A stretch of 64,000 nt of DNA from an uncultured Acidobacteriota bacterium (GCA_963843575.1 CAWJKZ010000014.1:640001-704000), one strand, 5' to 3'; positions 50,044-62,065 are shown, numbered from the stretch's first letter. The notes: generated by a model from the sequence alone, not told the origin. A program made the numbers and translations.

Positions 50044-51455
50044 ATGACTGGCAAGAGGCTCTGGGGCGGGCGCTTCCTGTCGAAGGAAGACCCGTTCTTC
50101 TCGGAATTCAACGACTCGCTGCCGTTTGACCACGTGCTGCTGGAGGCGGACGTCGAGGGGAGCCGCGCCTATGCGCGGTCGCTGCGGCGCGCAGGGGTGC
50201 TCAGCAACGCCGAACTGCGCCGCATCGACCGCGGCCTTCGGGAAGTCCTCGCCCGCTACGCGCGGGACCCCGAGGCCGTCGTCCGGAGCGGGGCCGAGGA
50301 CATCCACACTTTCGTCGAGCAGGAACTCGCCGGCCGCGCCGGTGAAGCGGCGCTCAAGCTGCACACGGGCAGGAGCCGCAACGACCAGGTGGCCACCGAC
50401 CTGCGGCTGTTCCTCAGGCGTCGGCGAGGCGGCGCTCGAATCGGAGTTGGCGCGCCTGCTCGAAACGATCGCGGATCTGGCTGAAGCTCACGTGTCGGTG
50501 ATGATGCCCGGATACACCCACCTGCAGAGGGCTCAACCCGTCCTGTTTCCGCACTACCTGCTGGCCTACGGCGAGATGTTCCTGCGCGACCGGACGCGTC
50601 TGAGGGAGAGTGCCGCCCGCGCAGCCGTGAGCCCGCTCGGGTCCGGGGCGCTGTCGGGGACGGTGTACCGCGTCGGACCGGGAAGCCCTGGGGCGCGACC
50701 TCGGGTTTGGGGCCGTGACCGAAAACAGCATGGACGCCGTGGCGGACCGCGATTTCGTCCTCGACTTCCTGTACGCCGCAGCCGTCCTCATGATGCACCT
50801 CAGCCGGCTGTCCGAGGACCTGGTCCTGTTCAGTTCGTCGGAGTTCGGCTTCGTCTCCCTGCACGACAGCGTGGCAAGCGGCAGCAGCCTGATGCCTCAG
50901 AAGAAAAACCCCGACTCCCTCGAGCTCATCCGCGGCAAGACCGGGCGTGTCTACGGGCACCTGATGTCGTCCCTGACGGTGATGAAGGGCCTGCCGATGA
51001 CTTATAACAAGGACCTGCAGGAGGACAAGGAGGCGTTGCTCGACAGTATCCGCACCACGGTCAACTGCGTCCGGATGATGCAGCGCGTGTTAGCGGGACT
51101 CCGGGTGCACGCGGAAAAGATGCGCGAGGCTACACTGTCGGGCTATCTGAACGCCACCGAGCTGGCCGATTACCTGGTCGCCCGGGGAATGCCGTTCCGG
51201 GAGGCCCACCGGCTGGTGGGCCGGATTGTCCTCCGAGCCTCGGAGCTCAACGTACCGCTCGAGCAACTGGAGATGGCGGATTACCGGGTCTTCTCGCCGC
51301 TCTTTTCGGAGGACTTGTTCGGTTGGCTGAAGCTCGAAAGAGGACTCGCGCGCCGGACCGAAAAGGGAGGAACCGCCCCAGCTGCGGTGCGGCGCGCGCT
51401 GGCCCGCTTCCGGCGGCGTCTCGGCCAGGGGGCGGGCCCTCGTACCGCCCCATAG
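50044..51455 (+). CDS. argH: Argininosuccinate lyase (two frameshifts)
   Basis: LWGGRF, HTGRSRNDQV, MPGYTHLQRAQP, GSSLMPQKKNPD, YNKDLQEDK. Confidence 0.96.
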
Positions 51456-51501
51456 CGAGGTGCAGCGGAAGCCAAGACCGGGCTTCCGGGCTTCCGGCTT
51501 C

Positions 51502-53419
51502 TTAGTCTTCCAGGTAAGTATAGCTGTCGAGCGTGTTCTGGTAGGCGTCGATCAGCGCGCGCGGCCTGCTCGGCGGTGATCCGCGCCTGCGCTTCCGCGG
51601 ACTGCACCATGGTGCGGAATCCCTCGGTGAGCGAGAGCTCGTCGTAGCCGGCCATGTTCAGCACCTGTCTCAGGGATTCTCCCCGGATGATCTTGTCCAG
51701 ATGCGGCCTTCCGGCGTCGTCGACCAGGATGTGCGCCTCGTTGGCGGTGCCGAGCAGGTTGTGGTTCATGCCGAGGGATTCCTGGTAAGCCCCGATGAGC
51801 GGGATCGCCAGGTAGTAGGGGTCAGAGTTGACCCCGTGGAGTTCGAGCGCTTGCTTGACGTCGCGCAGGTCGACGAACTTGTCGATCTGGCCGTCCGAAT
51901 CGCAGGTGATGTCGCACAGGGTGGCGCGCTCGGTCGGCTCCTCGTTGAGGCGCGTCACCGGGAGGATGGGGAAGAGCTGGTCGAGCGCCCAGGTGTCCGG
52001 GGCGGCCTGGAAAACCGAGAAGTTGCACATGTACTTGCTGGCGAGGATGTTTTCCAGATCCGCGAATTCCTCCGGGCGCTCTTTCATCGATCGGGAAAAC
52101 TTGATGGCCTTGCGGCAGATCTCCCAGAAGAGCCACTCGCCGTGTGCGCGGTTCTGCAGGTTGAGGTAGCCCAGGTTGAAGAGCGACTGCAGTTCTTCCC
52201 GGTGCTGCAGCGCGTCGTGGTAGTACTCCCGGAAGTTTTTCGGGTTGATGTCCTTGTGCAGGTCCATCATCTCGCGCACCACCTCCGAATCCACCTTCGA
52301 AGGGCTGATCTCGGGCCCGCCCAGTCCCGGGTTCAGGGTGCGGATCACGTTCATCACGAACATGGCGTGGTGGGCGGTCACGGCGCGGCCGCTCTCGGTC
52401 ACGATGGTCGGCGGAGGGACGTTTTCCGACAGGCAGATTTCGTTGATGGTGTAGACGATGTCGTTGGCATATTCCTGCATCGTGTAATTGACGCTGAAGT
52501 CCGAGGCGGTCCGGCTCCCGTCGTAGTCGACGCCGAGCCCGCCACCCACGTTGAGGTATTCGATGGGGTACCCCATCTTGTGCACCTTGGCGTAGACGCG
52601 AGCCGCTTCTTTGATGGCGCTCTTGATCCTGCGGATGTCGGTGATCTGGGAGCCGATGTGAAAATGCAGCAGCCGGATCTGGCGCTTCAGCTGGTCGTCC
52701 GCCGCCTGCGCGAGACAGTCCAGCAGCTGGATGGTGTTGATCCCGAACTTGGAGGTCTCGCCCCCCGATTCCTCCCACTTCCCGGCCCCGCGCGAAAACA
52801 CGCGGACCCGCACGCCGATGGTCGGTTTGAGATCGAGGGCTACCGCGACCTCCTGCAGGCGCTTGAGGTCGCTGACCTCCTCGACGACCAGGACGGGGTT
52901 CTTGCCGATCTTGACAGAGTTCATGGCCCACTCGAGGTAACGCCGGTCCTTGACGCCGTTGCAGACCATGAGGGCGTTGGGATGGATCGAGAGGGTCAAG
53001 GCCGCCGCGAGTTCCGCTTTCGTGCCTACTTCCAGTCCGTACTCGTAGCGGTGGCCGGCGGCCATCAGCCGCTCGACCACGCTGCGCCGCTGGTTGACCT
53101 TCATCGGGAAAACGCCGCGGTGCCGCGCCCCGTAGTTGAATTCGGCGATCGAGTTGCGGAACGCCTCGTGGAACTCCTTGATCTGCGTGTCGAGGATCTG
53201 CGGAAACCGGAAGAGAATCGGCGCCGTGACCTTGCGCTGCAGCAGCGTCTGGATGAGCGAAATCACCTCCACGCCCATCAGCGGGTTACGCGTCGGGTGG
53301 ACCGTGAGCGCACCCAGCTCGCTTACCCCGAAATACCCGGCCCCCCAGTTGTCGACGCCGTAGATGCGGTTGGGGATTTCGCTAGGAGAGAGCCGCAGCG
53401 TCTGGGTGAGTTCTTTCAT
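51502..53419 (-). CDS. speA: Biosynthetic arginine decarboxylase (3' frameshift)
   Basis: YGVDNWGAGYF, FPMKVNQ, HFHIGSQI, GGGLGVDYDG, DITCDSDG; ends SYTYLED. Confidence 0.95.
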
Positions 53420-53603
53420 TGGCGGGCCACCTCGCGTTGGAATGAGCCAAAAAAAATAACAGACACGCCTTGGGAAATCAATGAGATGTGCGGGGAGGGC
53501 GCGACTGACCGGGGAAGGATTTGCGGGTCTGTTCGCCGGGGCCGCAACAGGCGGGCGCCGGGCCGTGTCCCCGGACGGGGCTCGCCGGGGGGGCGCGGGG
53601 GAA

Positions 53604-54167
53604 TCAGCCCTTCACGCGCTCCAGGTATTTTCCGTCGCTCGTGTCGACGCGGATGAGCTCCCCCTCGTTCACAAACGGCGGCACCTGGATCACCATCCCG
53701 GTTTCGAGCGTCGCGGGTTTGTTCACGTTGCTCACGGTGGCGCCGCGCAGTGCCGGCTCGGTCGAAACGACGCGCATCTCTACGGACGTCGGCAGCTCCA
53801 CGCCGATCGGCTTGCCCTCGTAAAACTCGACCTGCAGCTTGATGTTCGCGATCAGGTAAGGGACGGCATCCTCGAGCAGATCGGCCGGGAGGTGGAACTG
53901 CTCGAAACTCTGGGTGTTCATGAAAAAATAGTCCGACCCGTCGGAATAGAGGTACTCCATTTCATGGGTTTCGAGGTAGGCCTGCTCGACGCGGTCCTCC
54001 GAACGGAACCGGTGTTCGATGATCGAGCCGCTCTTGATGGATTTGAGCTTCGTCTGCACCATCCCGCGCCAGTTCCCCGGGGTGATGTGTTGGAAGGAAA
54101 ACACGCGATAGAGCTCGCCGTTGAGCTTGATGGTCATACCACGTTTGATTTGCGTTGCAGCGATCAT
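53604..54167 (-). CDS. efp: Elongation factor P
   Basis: HITPGNWRGMVQ loop, KPATLETG, VPPFV, GKYLER. Confidence 0.95.
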   Translation of the reverse strand: MIAATQIKRGMTIKLNGELYRVFSFQHITPGNWRGMVQTKLKSIKSGSIIEHRFRSEDRVEQAYLETHEMEYLYSDGSDYFFMNTQSFEQFHLPADLLEDAVPYLIANIKLQVEFYEGKPIGVELPTSVEMRVVSTEPALRGATVSNVNKPATLETGMVIQVPPFVNEGELIRVDTSDGKYLERVKG

Positions 54168-54264
54168 GGGAGTAGGCCTCGAGTTGAATCCAGACGCGAA
54201 ATCTTACTCGACCGTCCCCGCACGATCAAGCAGAGGGTGCGACATTCGGGGCGCCGACGGCGGT

Positions 54265-54927
54265 TTACGTGGGCTCTTGTTCGCGCCGCGCCGCGGGAGC
54301 CGACCGGCCCTTGCGGCGCGACCGCAGAGCCTCGATGACGGCCGGCAGGATGGACAGGAAGACCACGACGATGATGATCAGGTGGATGTGCCGGTCGATA
54401 TCGGGTACCGCCGAACCCAGCGAATAGCCGATCAGCACCATGCTCCACACCCAGAGCAAGCCTCCCACGACGTTGTAGGAAACGAAGCGGCGGTAGTTCA
54501 TGCTTGCCGCGCCCGCGACGGCCGGGGCAAACGTCCGGACGATGGGGATGAACCGCGCCAGCACGATGGTTTTCCCCCCGTATTTCTCGTAGAACTGCTG
54601 CGCGCGGACAAGGTGCTGTTTCCGGAAGAAGAACGAGTCCTCGCGGCGGTACAAAGCCTGCCCGGCCTTCCGCCCGATGATATACCCCACCTGGTCGCCC
54701 GCCACGGCGCACAGGGCGACGATCCCAAGCAGTGCAGACAGGCTCAAATGGCCGGCGGCGGCGAAAATCCCCGCCGTGACCAGCAGGGAATCACCGGGCA
54801 GGAAAAAACCGACGAACAACCCGGTTTCGGTGAACACTATGACGCAGACCAGCAGCGTCCCGCCCCATTGGATCAGACCCTGCACATCAGTCAGGTAGTG
54901 GAACGCCTCTCGCAAGAATTCGATCAT
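54265..54927 (-). CDS. dedA: DedA family membrane protein
   Basis: FTETGLFVGFFLPGDSLL, ARFIPIVRTFAP. Confidence 0.92.
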   Translation of the reverse strand: MIEFLREAFHYLTDVQGLIQWGGTLLVCVIVFTETGLFVGFFLPGDSLLVTAGIFAAAGHLSLSALLGIVALCAVAGDQVGYIIGRKAGQALYRREDSFFFRKQHLVRAQQFYEKYGGKTIVLARFIPIVRTFAPAVAGAASMNYRRFVSYNVVGGLLWVWSMVLIGYSLGSAVPDIDRHIHLIIIVVVFLSILPAVIEALRSRRKGRSAPAARREQEPT

Positions 54928-54989
54928 TCGGTTACCGTCGATGCCGTGCCCGCGCTCATCCGGCGCTGACGGCGGCGAGGAGTTCGGCC

Positions 54990-55298
54990 TCGGATAAGGA
55001 TGTGAGCGGCGCAGTAGGGCCGCACCCGCATGCGGCACCTGACGATTTCGGCCGCCAGCCGCTCGGTCTCCCGCACCACATGGTTTCCGGCGCCCGGCAA
55101 CCCGATATCGGCGGAGTGGACTCCCAGGGACTCGATCCGGTGGAGGATGCGAAGCATCTCTTCGGTGCCGGGCGGCCGCACCGAGGGGGACTGCAGCCCG
55201 TCGCGCAGCGTCTCGTCGGCGAACAGCGCCTCGCGCCGGTCGGGTGCTGCCGACCCGGCGTTCCAGTCGTAGATCAGGCTTTCCGCGGAAGCGACCAT
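54990..55298 (-). pseudogene. Truncated LeuA/DRE-TIM metallolyase (isopropylmalate synthase-like)
   Basis: LIYDWN...DETLRDGLQSPS...DIGLPGAG...PYCAA; similarity stops after about 100 aa. Confidence 0.7.
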
Positions 55299-55382
55299 CG
55301 GGACCCACCACCCGGGCAGGGATGCCCTGCCAATCTCTGAATCATACCTGCCGGGCGGCGGCGGATGAAACCCCAATCATCC

Positions 55383-55940
55383 TCAGAGCTCCAGGATCTC
55401 GGACTCCTTCTTCTTCAGCAGGGAGTCGACCTTGGCGATGAACTCGTTGGTGAGGTCCTGGATTTTCTTGAGCCCCTCCTTCTCGTCGTCTTCGGAAATC
55501 CGCTTATCCTTCAGGTACGCCTTGAGCTGGTCGTTGGCGTCGTGCCGCACCTGGCGCACCGCGACCTTGTGCTGTTCGGCGATGTGGGAGACGGACTTGG
55601 CCAGCTGCTTGCGCCTCTCCTGGGTCAGGGGAGGGATCGGCAGGCGGACGATCTTGCCGTCGTTGGTGGGGGTGAGACCGAGATCAGAGGCTAGGATGGC
55701 CTTTTCGATGTTCGGGATGGTGGAAGGATCCCAGGGTTGGATCACGATCATGCTCGGCTCCGGCGTCGAAAGCGTCGCCATCTGGTGCAAGGGCGTCGGG
55801 GTGCCGTAATAGTTGGCCTGAATGTGGTCCAGTATGCTGACGGACGCTCGACCTGTCCGGATGCTCGAGAGGTTCTGCTGCATGTCCGAGATGCACTTTT
55901 CCATGCGTTTCTTGGCACTGTCGAGTGTTTGTCGAATCAT
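55383..55940 (-). CDS. frr: Ribosome recycling factor
   Basis: IRTGRAS, IQPWD, PPLTQERRK, KKKESEIL. Confidence 0.97.
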   Translation of the reverse strand: MIRQTLDSAKKRMEKCISDMQQNLSSIRTGRASVSILDHIQANYYGTPTPLHQMATLSTPEPSMIVIQPWDPSTIPNIEKAILASDLGLTPTNDGKIVRLPIPPLTQERRKQLAKSVSHIAEQHKVAVRQVRHDANDQLKAYLKDKRISEDDEKEGLKKIQDLTNEFIAKVDSLLKKKESEILEL

Positions 55941-55979
55941 AGATTCCGTCTCCTTGGAGCGATAACGGGGGCCGAGAGG

Positions 55980-56711
55980 CTAAGCGCGTATGACGGAGCC
56001 CATCGTGGAACCCAGGACGACATCCCTGATATTTCCTTGCCGGAGCAGGTTGAAAACGATTATGGGGAGGTTGTTCTCCATGCACAGGGTGATGGCGGTC
56101 GTGTCCATCACGCGCAGTCCCTTTTCGAGCACCTGCAGGTAGGTAAGGTCCTTGAGCAGCTTGGCGGATGGGAACAGGGCGGGGTCGGCGTCGTAAATGC
56201 CGTCGACTTTGGTCGCCTTCAGGATGACCTCGGCGCCGATCTCGATGGCGCGCAACGCCGCGGCGGTGTCGGTGGAGAAGTAGGGGTTGCCCGTCCCGGC
56301 GGCGAAGATGACCACACGCCCTTTTTCCAGGTGGCGGATCGCCCGCCGGCGGATGAAGGGTTCGGCCACCTCCTTCATCTCGATGGCGGACTGGACCCGG
56401 GTGAAGACGCCCCGCTTCTCGAGCGCGTTCTGAAGGGCGAGGGCGTTGATGACCGTGGCGAGCATGCCCATGTAGTCGCCGCTCACCCGATCCATGCCCG
56501 CCGCACTCACCGAGATGCCGCGGACGATGTTGCCTCCTCCCACGGTGGCCGCGATCTCGACCCCGATGCCGTGGATTTCCTGGATCTCCTGGGCAATCCG
56601 GTCGGCCATGCGCGGGTCGACACCGAATCCCTGCTGACCCATGAGCGCTTCACCGCTGAGCTTCAGCAGCACCCGCTTGAAGCGCGGCGTAACGACAGCC
56701 GTCGGCTCCAT
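55980..56711 (-). CDS. pyrH: Uridylate kinase
   Basis: [32 protein letters not shown]. Confidence 0.97.
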   Translation of the reverse strand: MEPTAVVTPRFKRVLLKLSGEALMGQQGFGVDPRMADRIAQEIQEIHGIGVEIAATVGGGNIVRGISVSAAGMDRVSGDYMGMLATVINALALQNALEKRGVFTRVQSAIEMKEVAEPFIRRRAIRHLEKGRVVIFAAGTGNPYFSTDTAAALRAIEIGAEVILKATKVDGIYDADPALFPSAKLLKDLTYLQVLEKGLRVMDTTAITLCMENNLPIIVFNLLRQGNIRDVVLGSTMGSVIRA

Positions 56712-56756
56712 TACCCCTCCCGCACAATGAGACCCGGAGCTGAGGACCGGGGAGTG

Positions 56757-57347
56757 TTAATCACCCAGTTTGTAGCGCGTGAACCGGCGCACCTGGATGT
56801 TTTCGCCGATTTTCTGGACATGGGCGGCGATGTGGTCCTTGACGCTGACGTTGGGATCGCGCACGAACGGCTGCTCCAGCAGGCAGGTCTCGGAATAGAA
56901 CTTCGACATCCGCCCCTCGACGATCTTGTCCAGGACGTTGTCGGGCTTGCCGGTGGCACGGGCCTGCTCCTGATAGATCTCGCGTTCCTTGGCCAGCACG
57001 TCCTCTGTCACGTCCTCCTTGCGGATAAAGCGGGGATCGCTCGCGGCGATGTGCATCGCGATGTCCTTGACCAGCGTCTGGAAGTCGGCGTTGCGGGCCA
57101 CGAAATCCGACTCGCAGTTGACCTCGACCATGACGCCGATCTTGCCGTTGTGCACGTAGGAGCCGATCAACCCCTCCTTGGTCTCCCGCCCGGCCTTCTT
57201 GGCCAGCGACGCCAGCCCCTTCTTGCGGAGGATGGTGACGGCGAGCTCGAGGTCTCCCTTGGACTCCTCCAGCGCGCCCTTGCATTCCATGAAACCGACC
57301 CCGGTGATTTCCCGGAGTTTCTTCACTTGATCTGCTGATATGCTCAT
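56757..57347 (-). CDS. tsf: Elongation factor Ts (short form)
   Basis: VKKLREITG..MECK, EVNCESDFVA, LLEQPFV. Confidence 0.96.
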   Translation of the reverse strand: MSISADQVKKLREITGVGFMECKGALEESKGDLELAVTILRKKGLASLAKKAGRETKEGLIGSYVHNGKIGVMVEVNCESDFVARNADFQTLVKDIAMHIAASDPRFIRKEDVTEDVLAKEREIYQEQARATGKPDNVLDKIVEGRMSKFYSETCLLEQPFVRDPNVSVKDHIAAHVQKIGENIQVRRFTRYKLGD

Positions 57348-57472
57348 CTCGGCTGAACTCCTGAGGTTGTATCCCGGCTGACGGCAGGGACGCGAAGCGC
57401 TCAACGGCGCACACGGGCGACTCCGATGTGGCCGTGTCGCGGCCCGCGTCAAAACTAAGAGAACGATTTGTT

Positions 57473-57498
57473 GAAAAGGAGCCGCCGAACGGTCGGCT
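57473..57498 (-). terminator. Intrinsic terminator/attenuator between rpsB and tsf
   Basis: AGCCGACCGTTCGGCGGCT-CCTTTTC on minus strand. Confidence 0.45.
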
Positions 57499-58528
57499 AG
57501 CGACCCGGAGTCTCGGATTCCTCGGCCGGTTCCGGCGCGCTCTCCACAACCTCGGCTGCGAGCCGGGGTGCTTCTTCCTTGGCCGGGGCGAGTTCCGCGC
57601 CGGCTTCCCCGTCGGCCCTGCGGGGCTTGGCCTTGCGCTGCAGCGTTTTGCGGACGGTGGTCCTGGGCCTAGCCTCGCCTTCGGCCGGCGGCGCAGCGGG
57701 TTCGCCCTCTTTCCCCTCTGCGGCGCGACGGGCGGCATCGGCGGCGGCGGCCCTGGCGGCAGCCTCCCGCGCCGCTGCGGCCTGCTGGGCCTGCAGCTGG
57801 CGCTGTTTCTCGGCCTGCTCCGCGAGTTCGCGCTGCTGGGCTTCGATACACCGACCGGCCGTCCAGGTAAGCCTGGGCGATCGTCCCGGTGATCAGGCGA
57901 ATCGCGCGCAGCGCGTCGTCGTTGCCCGGGATGATGTAGTCGATTTCGTCCGGGTCGCAGTTGGTGTCGGCCACGCCGATGATCGGTATGCCAGCTTCCG
58001 GGCCTCCTGGATCGCGATCGCCTCTTTCCTGGTGTCGATCACGAAGAGCGCGTCGGGCAGATTGGCCATGTCCTTGATGCCCGACAGGTTCTTCTCGAGC
58101 TTCTTGCGCTCACGCTCGTAGCGCGCGACCTCTTTCTTGGAGAACAGGTCGTACTGGCCGTTGGTCCGCATCGCCTCCAGTTCGCGGAATCGCTTGAGGC
58201 TCTTCTGGATCGTCACGAAGTTGGTGAGCAGGCCGCCGAGCCAGCGCTGGTTGACGAAGTACATCGCGCAACGGGCTGCCTCTTCCTGGATGACGTCCTG
58301 CGCCTGCCGCTTCGTGCCCAGGAACAGCAGGGTCTTCCCTTGGGCCCCCAGGTCCTGCACGAACTGGACGGCGTTCTTGAACAGCCTCAGACTCTTCTGA
58401 AGATCGATGATATAGATGCCGTTGCGCTCCCCGAAAATGTACTCCTTCATCTTCGGGTTCCAGCGCTTGGTCTGGTGGCCGAAGTGAACTCCCGCCTCCA
58501 GCAACTGCTTCATCGTAATGGAAACCAA
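57497..58528 (-). CDS. rpsB: 30S ribosomal protein S2 with long C-terminal tail (two frameshifts)
   Basis: [39 protein letters not shown]; tail reconstructed to ...EESETPGR*. Confidence 0.96.
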
Positions 58529-58544
58529 ACAGACCTCCCTCAGG

Positions 58545-58937
58545 TTATCGCTTCGAGAACTGGAATCTCTTGCGAGCTCCCTTTTGACCGTATTTCTTTC
58601 GTTCCTTGATGCGGGAATCGCGCGTCAGCAGTCCCGCTCGCTTTAACCTGGACCGCAACTCCGCGTTGAACTGCAGGAGCGCCCTGGCGATCCCCAGCCG
58701 GATGGCGCCCGCCTGCCCCGACGGACCGCCGCCATCGACGATGGCACGCATGTCGAATTTCCCCACGTTGTCGGTAATAGTAAGAGGATACCGAATGATG
58801 GTGCGCTGGGTTTCGTTGCAGAAGTACTCGCTCAGGTCACGCTTGTTGATCGTCATCTGACCCGATCCCGGGACCAGATAGACGCGGGCGGTCGAGCTCT
58901 TCCTCTTGCCGGTTCCATAAAACAGATCTGTCGCCAA
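58545..58937 (-). CDS. rpsI: 30S ribosomal protein S9
   Basis: [36 protein letters not shown]. Confidence 0.98.
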   Translation of the reverse strand: MATDLFYGTGKRKSSTARVYLVPGSGQMTINKRDLSEYFCNETQRTIIRYPLTITDNVGKFDMRAIVDGGGPSGQAGAIRLGIARALLQFNAELRSRLKRAGLLTRDSRIKERKKYGQKGARKRFQFSKR

Positions 58938-58988
58938 CCTTGAACTCCTTTTACGAGAGGCTCTCGCCGTGAAGGCTCCGCGCAGCCC

Positions 58989-59420
58989 CTACTGGGCCAG
59001 GGCCTCGGGCTGCTGCGCCTGGTGCGGGTGTTCCGGCCCGCGGTAGATCTTCAGTTTCTTCCTCATCGCCCGGCCCAGCTTGGATTTGGGCAGCATCCCG
59101 ACAACGGCCTCGCGTACGAGCTTTTCGGGATTCCTGGCCATCAGGTCGCCCGCGGCAATGGAACGCAGCCCGCCGGGATAGCCGGTGTGGTGGTGATAAA
59201 ACTTGTCGTTGAGTTTATTTCCCGTAAGCCGCACCTTCGCGGCATTGACTATTATGACGTAGTCCCCGGTGTCCAGAAACGGAGTGTAGATCGGTTTGTC
59301 CTTGCCCGTCAGCAGCCGCGCCACGCGCGCCGCCAGCCGCCCCAGGACCTTCCCTTCGGCGTCCACGACGTGCCACTGCTTCTTGATTTCGCCCTCACCG
59401 GGTATATAGCTCTTCATCAT
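58989..59420 (-). CDS. rplM: 50S ribosomal protein L13
   Basis: WHVVDA...[29 protein letters not shown]. Confidence 0.98.
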   Translation of the reverse strand: MMKSYIPGEGEIKKQWHVVDAEGKVLGRLAARVARLLTGKDKPIYTPFLDTGDYVIIVNAAKVRLTGNKLNDKFYHHHTGYPGGLRSIAAGDLMARNPEKLVREAVVGMLPKSKLGRAMRKKLKIYRGPEHPHQAQQPEALAQ

Positions 59421-59457
59421 GCCCCCACTGGATAGCCGCAATGCAGAACAAACCTTT

Positions 59458-59486
59458 AGGCTAGCCAAGTACGGTCATCCTGTCAA
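59458..59486 (-). promoter_or_regulatory. sigma70 promoter of rplM operon
   Basis: TTGACA-N17-TAGCCT. Confidence 0.7.
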
Positions 59487-59804
59487 GCACTTAAACGCTC
59501 ACGACACCGGGATTTCGCACAGTCGCGGTCACCGGCCCGGGCGCATCGAGGAATTGTACTCCTGAACGGCGCCGCATTCCCGGGTTTCCGTGACCGGCAT
59601 CCTCAATAGCAGCGAAAAAATCGTGAACGTTTGGCCCACCTCCGTACGATAAGGAACCCAGGGACGGCTCAGCACCTGTCGGGACCCTGGTCGAGTTACC
59701 GATTGTTTCTCTTGAGATTGCCGTTCCGGGGCAGACCCGGTTCTAAACAATCATCCCCTCGGAACTCTCGCCCGGTCGGCGATGGTTCAAAGCTTCGATC
59801 CCAC

Positions 59805-60870
59805 ATGGCCATTAACTTTCTAAATCGAAACAGACAGGTCGTCGGTCTTGACCTCGGGTCAAGCACCATCAAAACGGTCGAACTCCGTCCGCTGCGCAAA
59901 GGGGGGTACGAACTCCTGAGTCTGGGGATGGAGGCACTCTCGCCGGACTGCATCGTCGACGGTGTGATCATCTCGAAGTTGCCGGTCTCGGACGCGATCA
60001 ACCGGATTTTCACCCTCCAGTCGGTGAAAAACCGGCGGGTCGCCACCTCCATCTCGGGACACTCCGTGATCGTCAAGAAGATCTCCCTCCCCGTACAGAG
60101 CGACGAGGACCTCGCCGAGTCGATACGCTGGGAAGCCGAGCAGTACATTCCCTTCGACATCTCCGACGTCAATCTCGACTACCAGGTCTTGGGCGAAAGC
60201 TCCACGACGGGCAACCTGGACGTGCTGCTGGTCGCCGTGAAAAAGGAAAAGATCACCGACCACACCAGCGTCATCACGATGGCGGGCAAGAACCCGGTCG
60301 TCGTCGACGTCGACGCCTTCGCCCTGCAGAACGCTTACGAGGCCAACTACGCGCCCACCACCCGCACCTCGGTGGCGCTCCTGGACATCGGCGCGAGCGT
60401 GATGACCATAAACATCGTCGCGGGCACGGACTTTCTGTTCACCCGAGACGTCGGGGTCGGCGGCCGCCAGTACACCGATTTCATCCAGAAGGAATTCAAT
60501 CTGAGCTTCGCGCAGGCGCAGTCGCTGAAACACGGGGAGTCGGTCGAGGGTATCGATCCCTCCGAGGCGCGCCACATCATCGATTCCGTCACCGAAATCC
60601 TCTGCCTCGAGATCCAGAAGACTTTCGACTTCTTCAAGTCCACCACCACCATCGACCACATCGACCGCATGCTGGTCAGCGGCGGAGGGGCGCATACGCC
60701 TGGTCTCATCGAGACGCTGGACCGGAAATTCGAGATCCCGACGGAAAAATTCGACTCGTTCAAAAACATTTCCTACGACCCCCGGCGCTTTCCGGACGAG
60801 ATGATCAGCAGGCCGCTCCCCGGATCTGGCCATCGCCGTAGGCCTCGCGCTCAGGAGCGGGGAGGAATAG
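59805..60870 (+). CDS. pilM: Type IV pilus assembly protein PilM (3' frameshift)
   Basis: VGLDLGSSTIK, EAEQYIPF, LLDIGA, SGGGA, AIAVGLALR. Confidence 0.95.
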
Positions 60871-60877
60871 GGCAGCC

Positions 60878-61448
60878 ATGATCAAAGTCAACCTTCTCCG
60901 CGATCAGACCGACCGCGTCCGCAAGATCACGGTGAAGCCGACCATCTCGGGCATCGGCCTGCTCCTGGCCGTGGTGGCCGTCCTGGCCACCGCGGCCATG
61001 GGCGCCTGGTGGTACACCGTGTCGCCGCCAGATCACCACCCTCACCGCCGAGCGCGACCGGCTCCGCATCGAAAATGACGCGGCTGCAGGCCCTCCGGAA
61101 GGAGATCAACGAGTACGAGAAGGCCAAGCGGCTGCGCGAGAGCCGCATCGAGGTCATCGAGACCCTCAAGGAATTCCAGACGGGCCCCGTGCGCCTGCTC
61201 AACCACGTGCATTCACAGCATCCCGCGCGACTCCAACGTCTGGCTGACCTTGCTCGACCAGACGCGGCGAGCGTGTCCAGATCACCGGCTACGCCCACCA
61301 CAGCCAGTCGATCCCGGACTTCATGAGCAGCCTCGCAACCTCGGGCTACTTCAAATCGGTCGACCTCGAGAACATCGAAGAGGAAAAGGAAGCGGCCAAG
61401 TTCTCCCTGGTCTGCGTTTCGACCGAACGAAAAACCCCTACGGAGTAA
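60878..61448 (+). CDS. pilN: Type IV pilus protein PilN (several frameshifts)
   Basis: MIKVNLL motif, TM, coiled coil, NVWLT, ITGYA. Confidence 0.85.
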
Positions 61449-61451
61449 CGC

Positions 61452-62054
61452 ATGTCGCTGAAAGGCCTCAAACTCGAAAACCTGCCCCGCTCCGCGCAAC
61501 TGCTGATCTTCGCGGGACTCCTGATCTCGCTCATGGCGGTCTTCTACTTCATCTATCTGAGCGACTGGATCAAGGAGCGGGACGCCCTGCATGCGGAGGT
61601 TCAGCAGTTGCAGTCGGCTGTCGCCCAGAGTGCCGCCGTCGAGTCCCAGCTCGAGCGCTTCAAGAAGGAAGTGGCGCAGCTGGAGAACCGTCTGGAACTG
61701 TTGCGCGCCATCCTCCCGGCCCAGAAGGAAACCCCGACCGTGCTCCGCAGCGTGCAGGAGATGGCATCGTCCAGCAACCTGAAAATCAGCAAATTCACTC
61801 CGCAACCGGTCGTGCCCCGCGCGTTTTATTCCGACTGGCCCATCCAGATGCAGGTCGAGGGCTCCTACGATGCGCTCGGCCGGTTCTTTGAAAAAGTCAG
61901 CGAGGCGACCCGGATCATCAATGTCGGGAACATCAGCATAAAAGGGATCGATGGTTCCACGGACTTCAACCGTACCTTGACCGCCACCTGCACCGCCACG
62001 ACCTTCGTGTTCCGGGAAGAACAGGTCGTCGGGGGCAACAGCAGCGGGAATTAA
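61452..62054 (+). CDS. pilO: Type IV pilus protein PilO
   Basis: TM, coiled coil, LPAQKE, FYSDWPI...GSYDALGRFF...RIINV. Confidence 0.92.
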   Translation: MSLKGLKLENLPRSAQLLIFAGLLISLMAVFYFIYLSDWIKERDALHAEVQQLQSAVAQSAAVESQLERFKKEVAQLENRLELLRAILPAQKETPTVLRSVQEMASSSNLKISKFTPQPVVPRAFYSDWPIQMQVEGSYDALGRFFEKVSEATRIINVGNISIKGIDGSTDFNRTLTATCTATTFVFREEQVVGGNSSGN

Positions 62055-62065
62055 AGTCGAAAGCC

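Noticed and set aside
51701-53656. Long antisense ORFs (this 651-aa ORF and similar ones opposite fliD, flhA, fliI, pyrH)
   Set aside because: Shadow frames typical of high-GC coding DNA; no recognisable motifs
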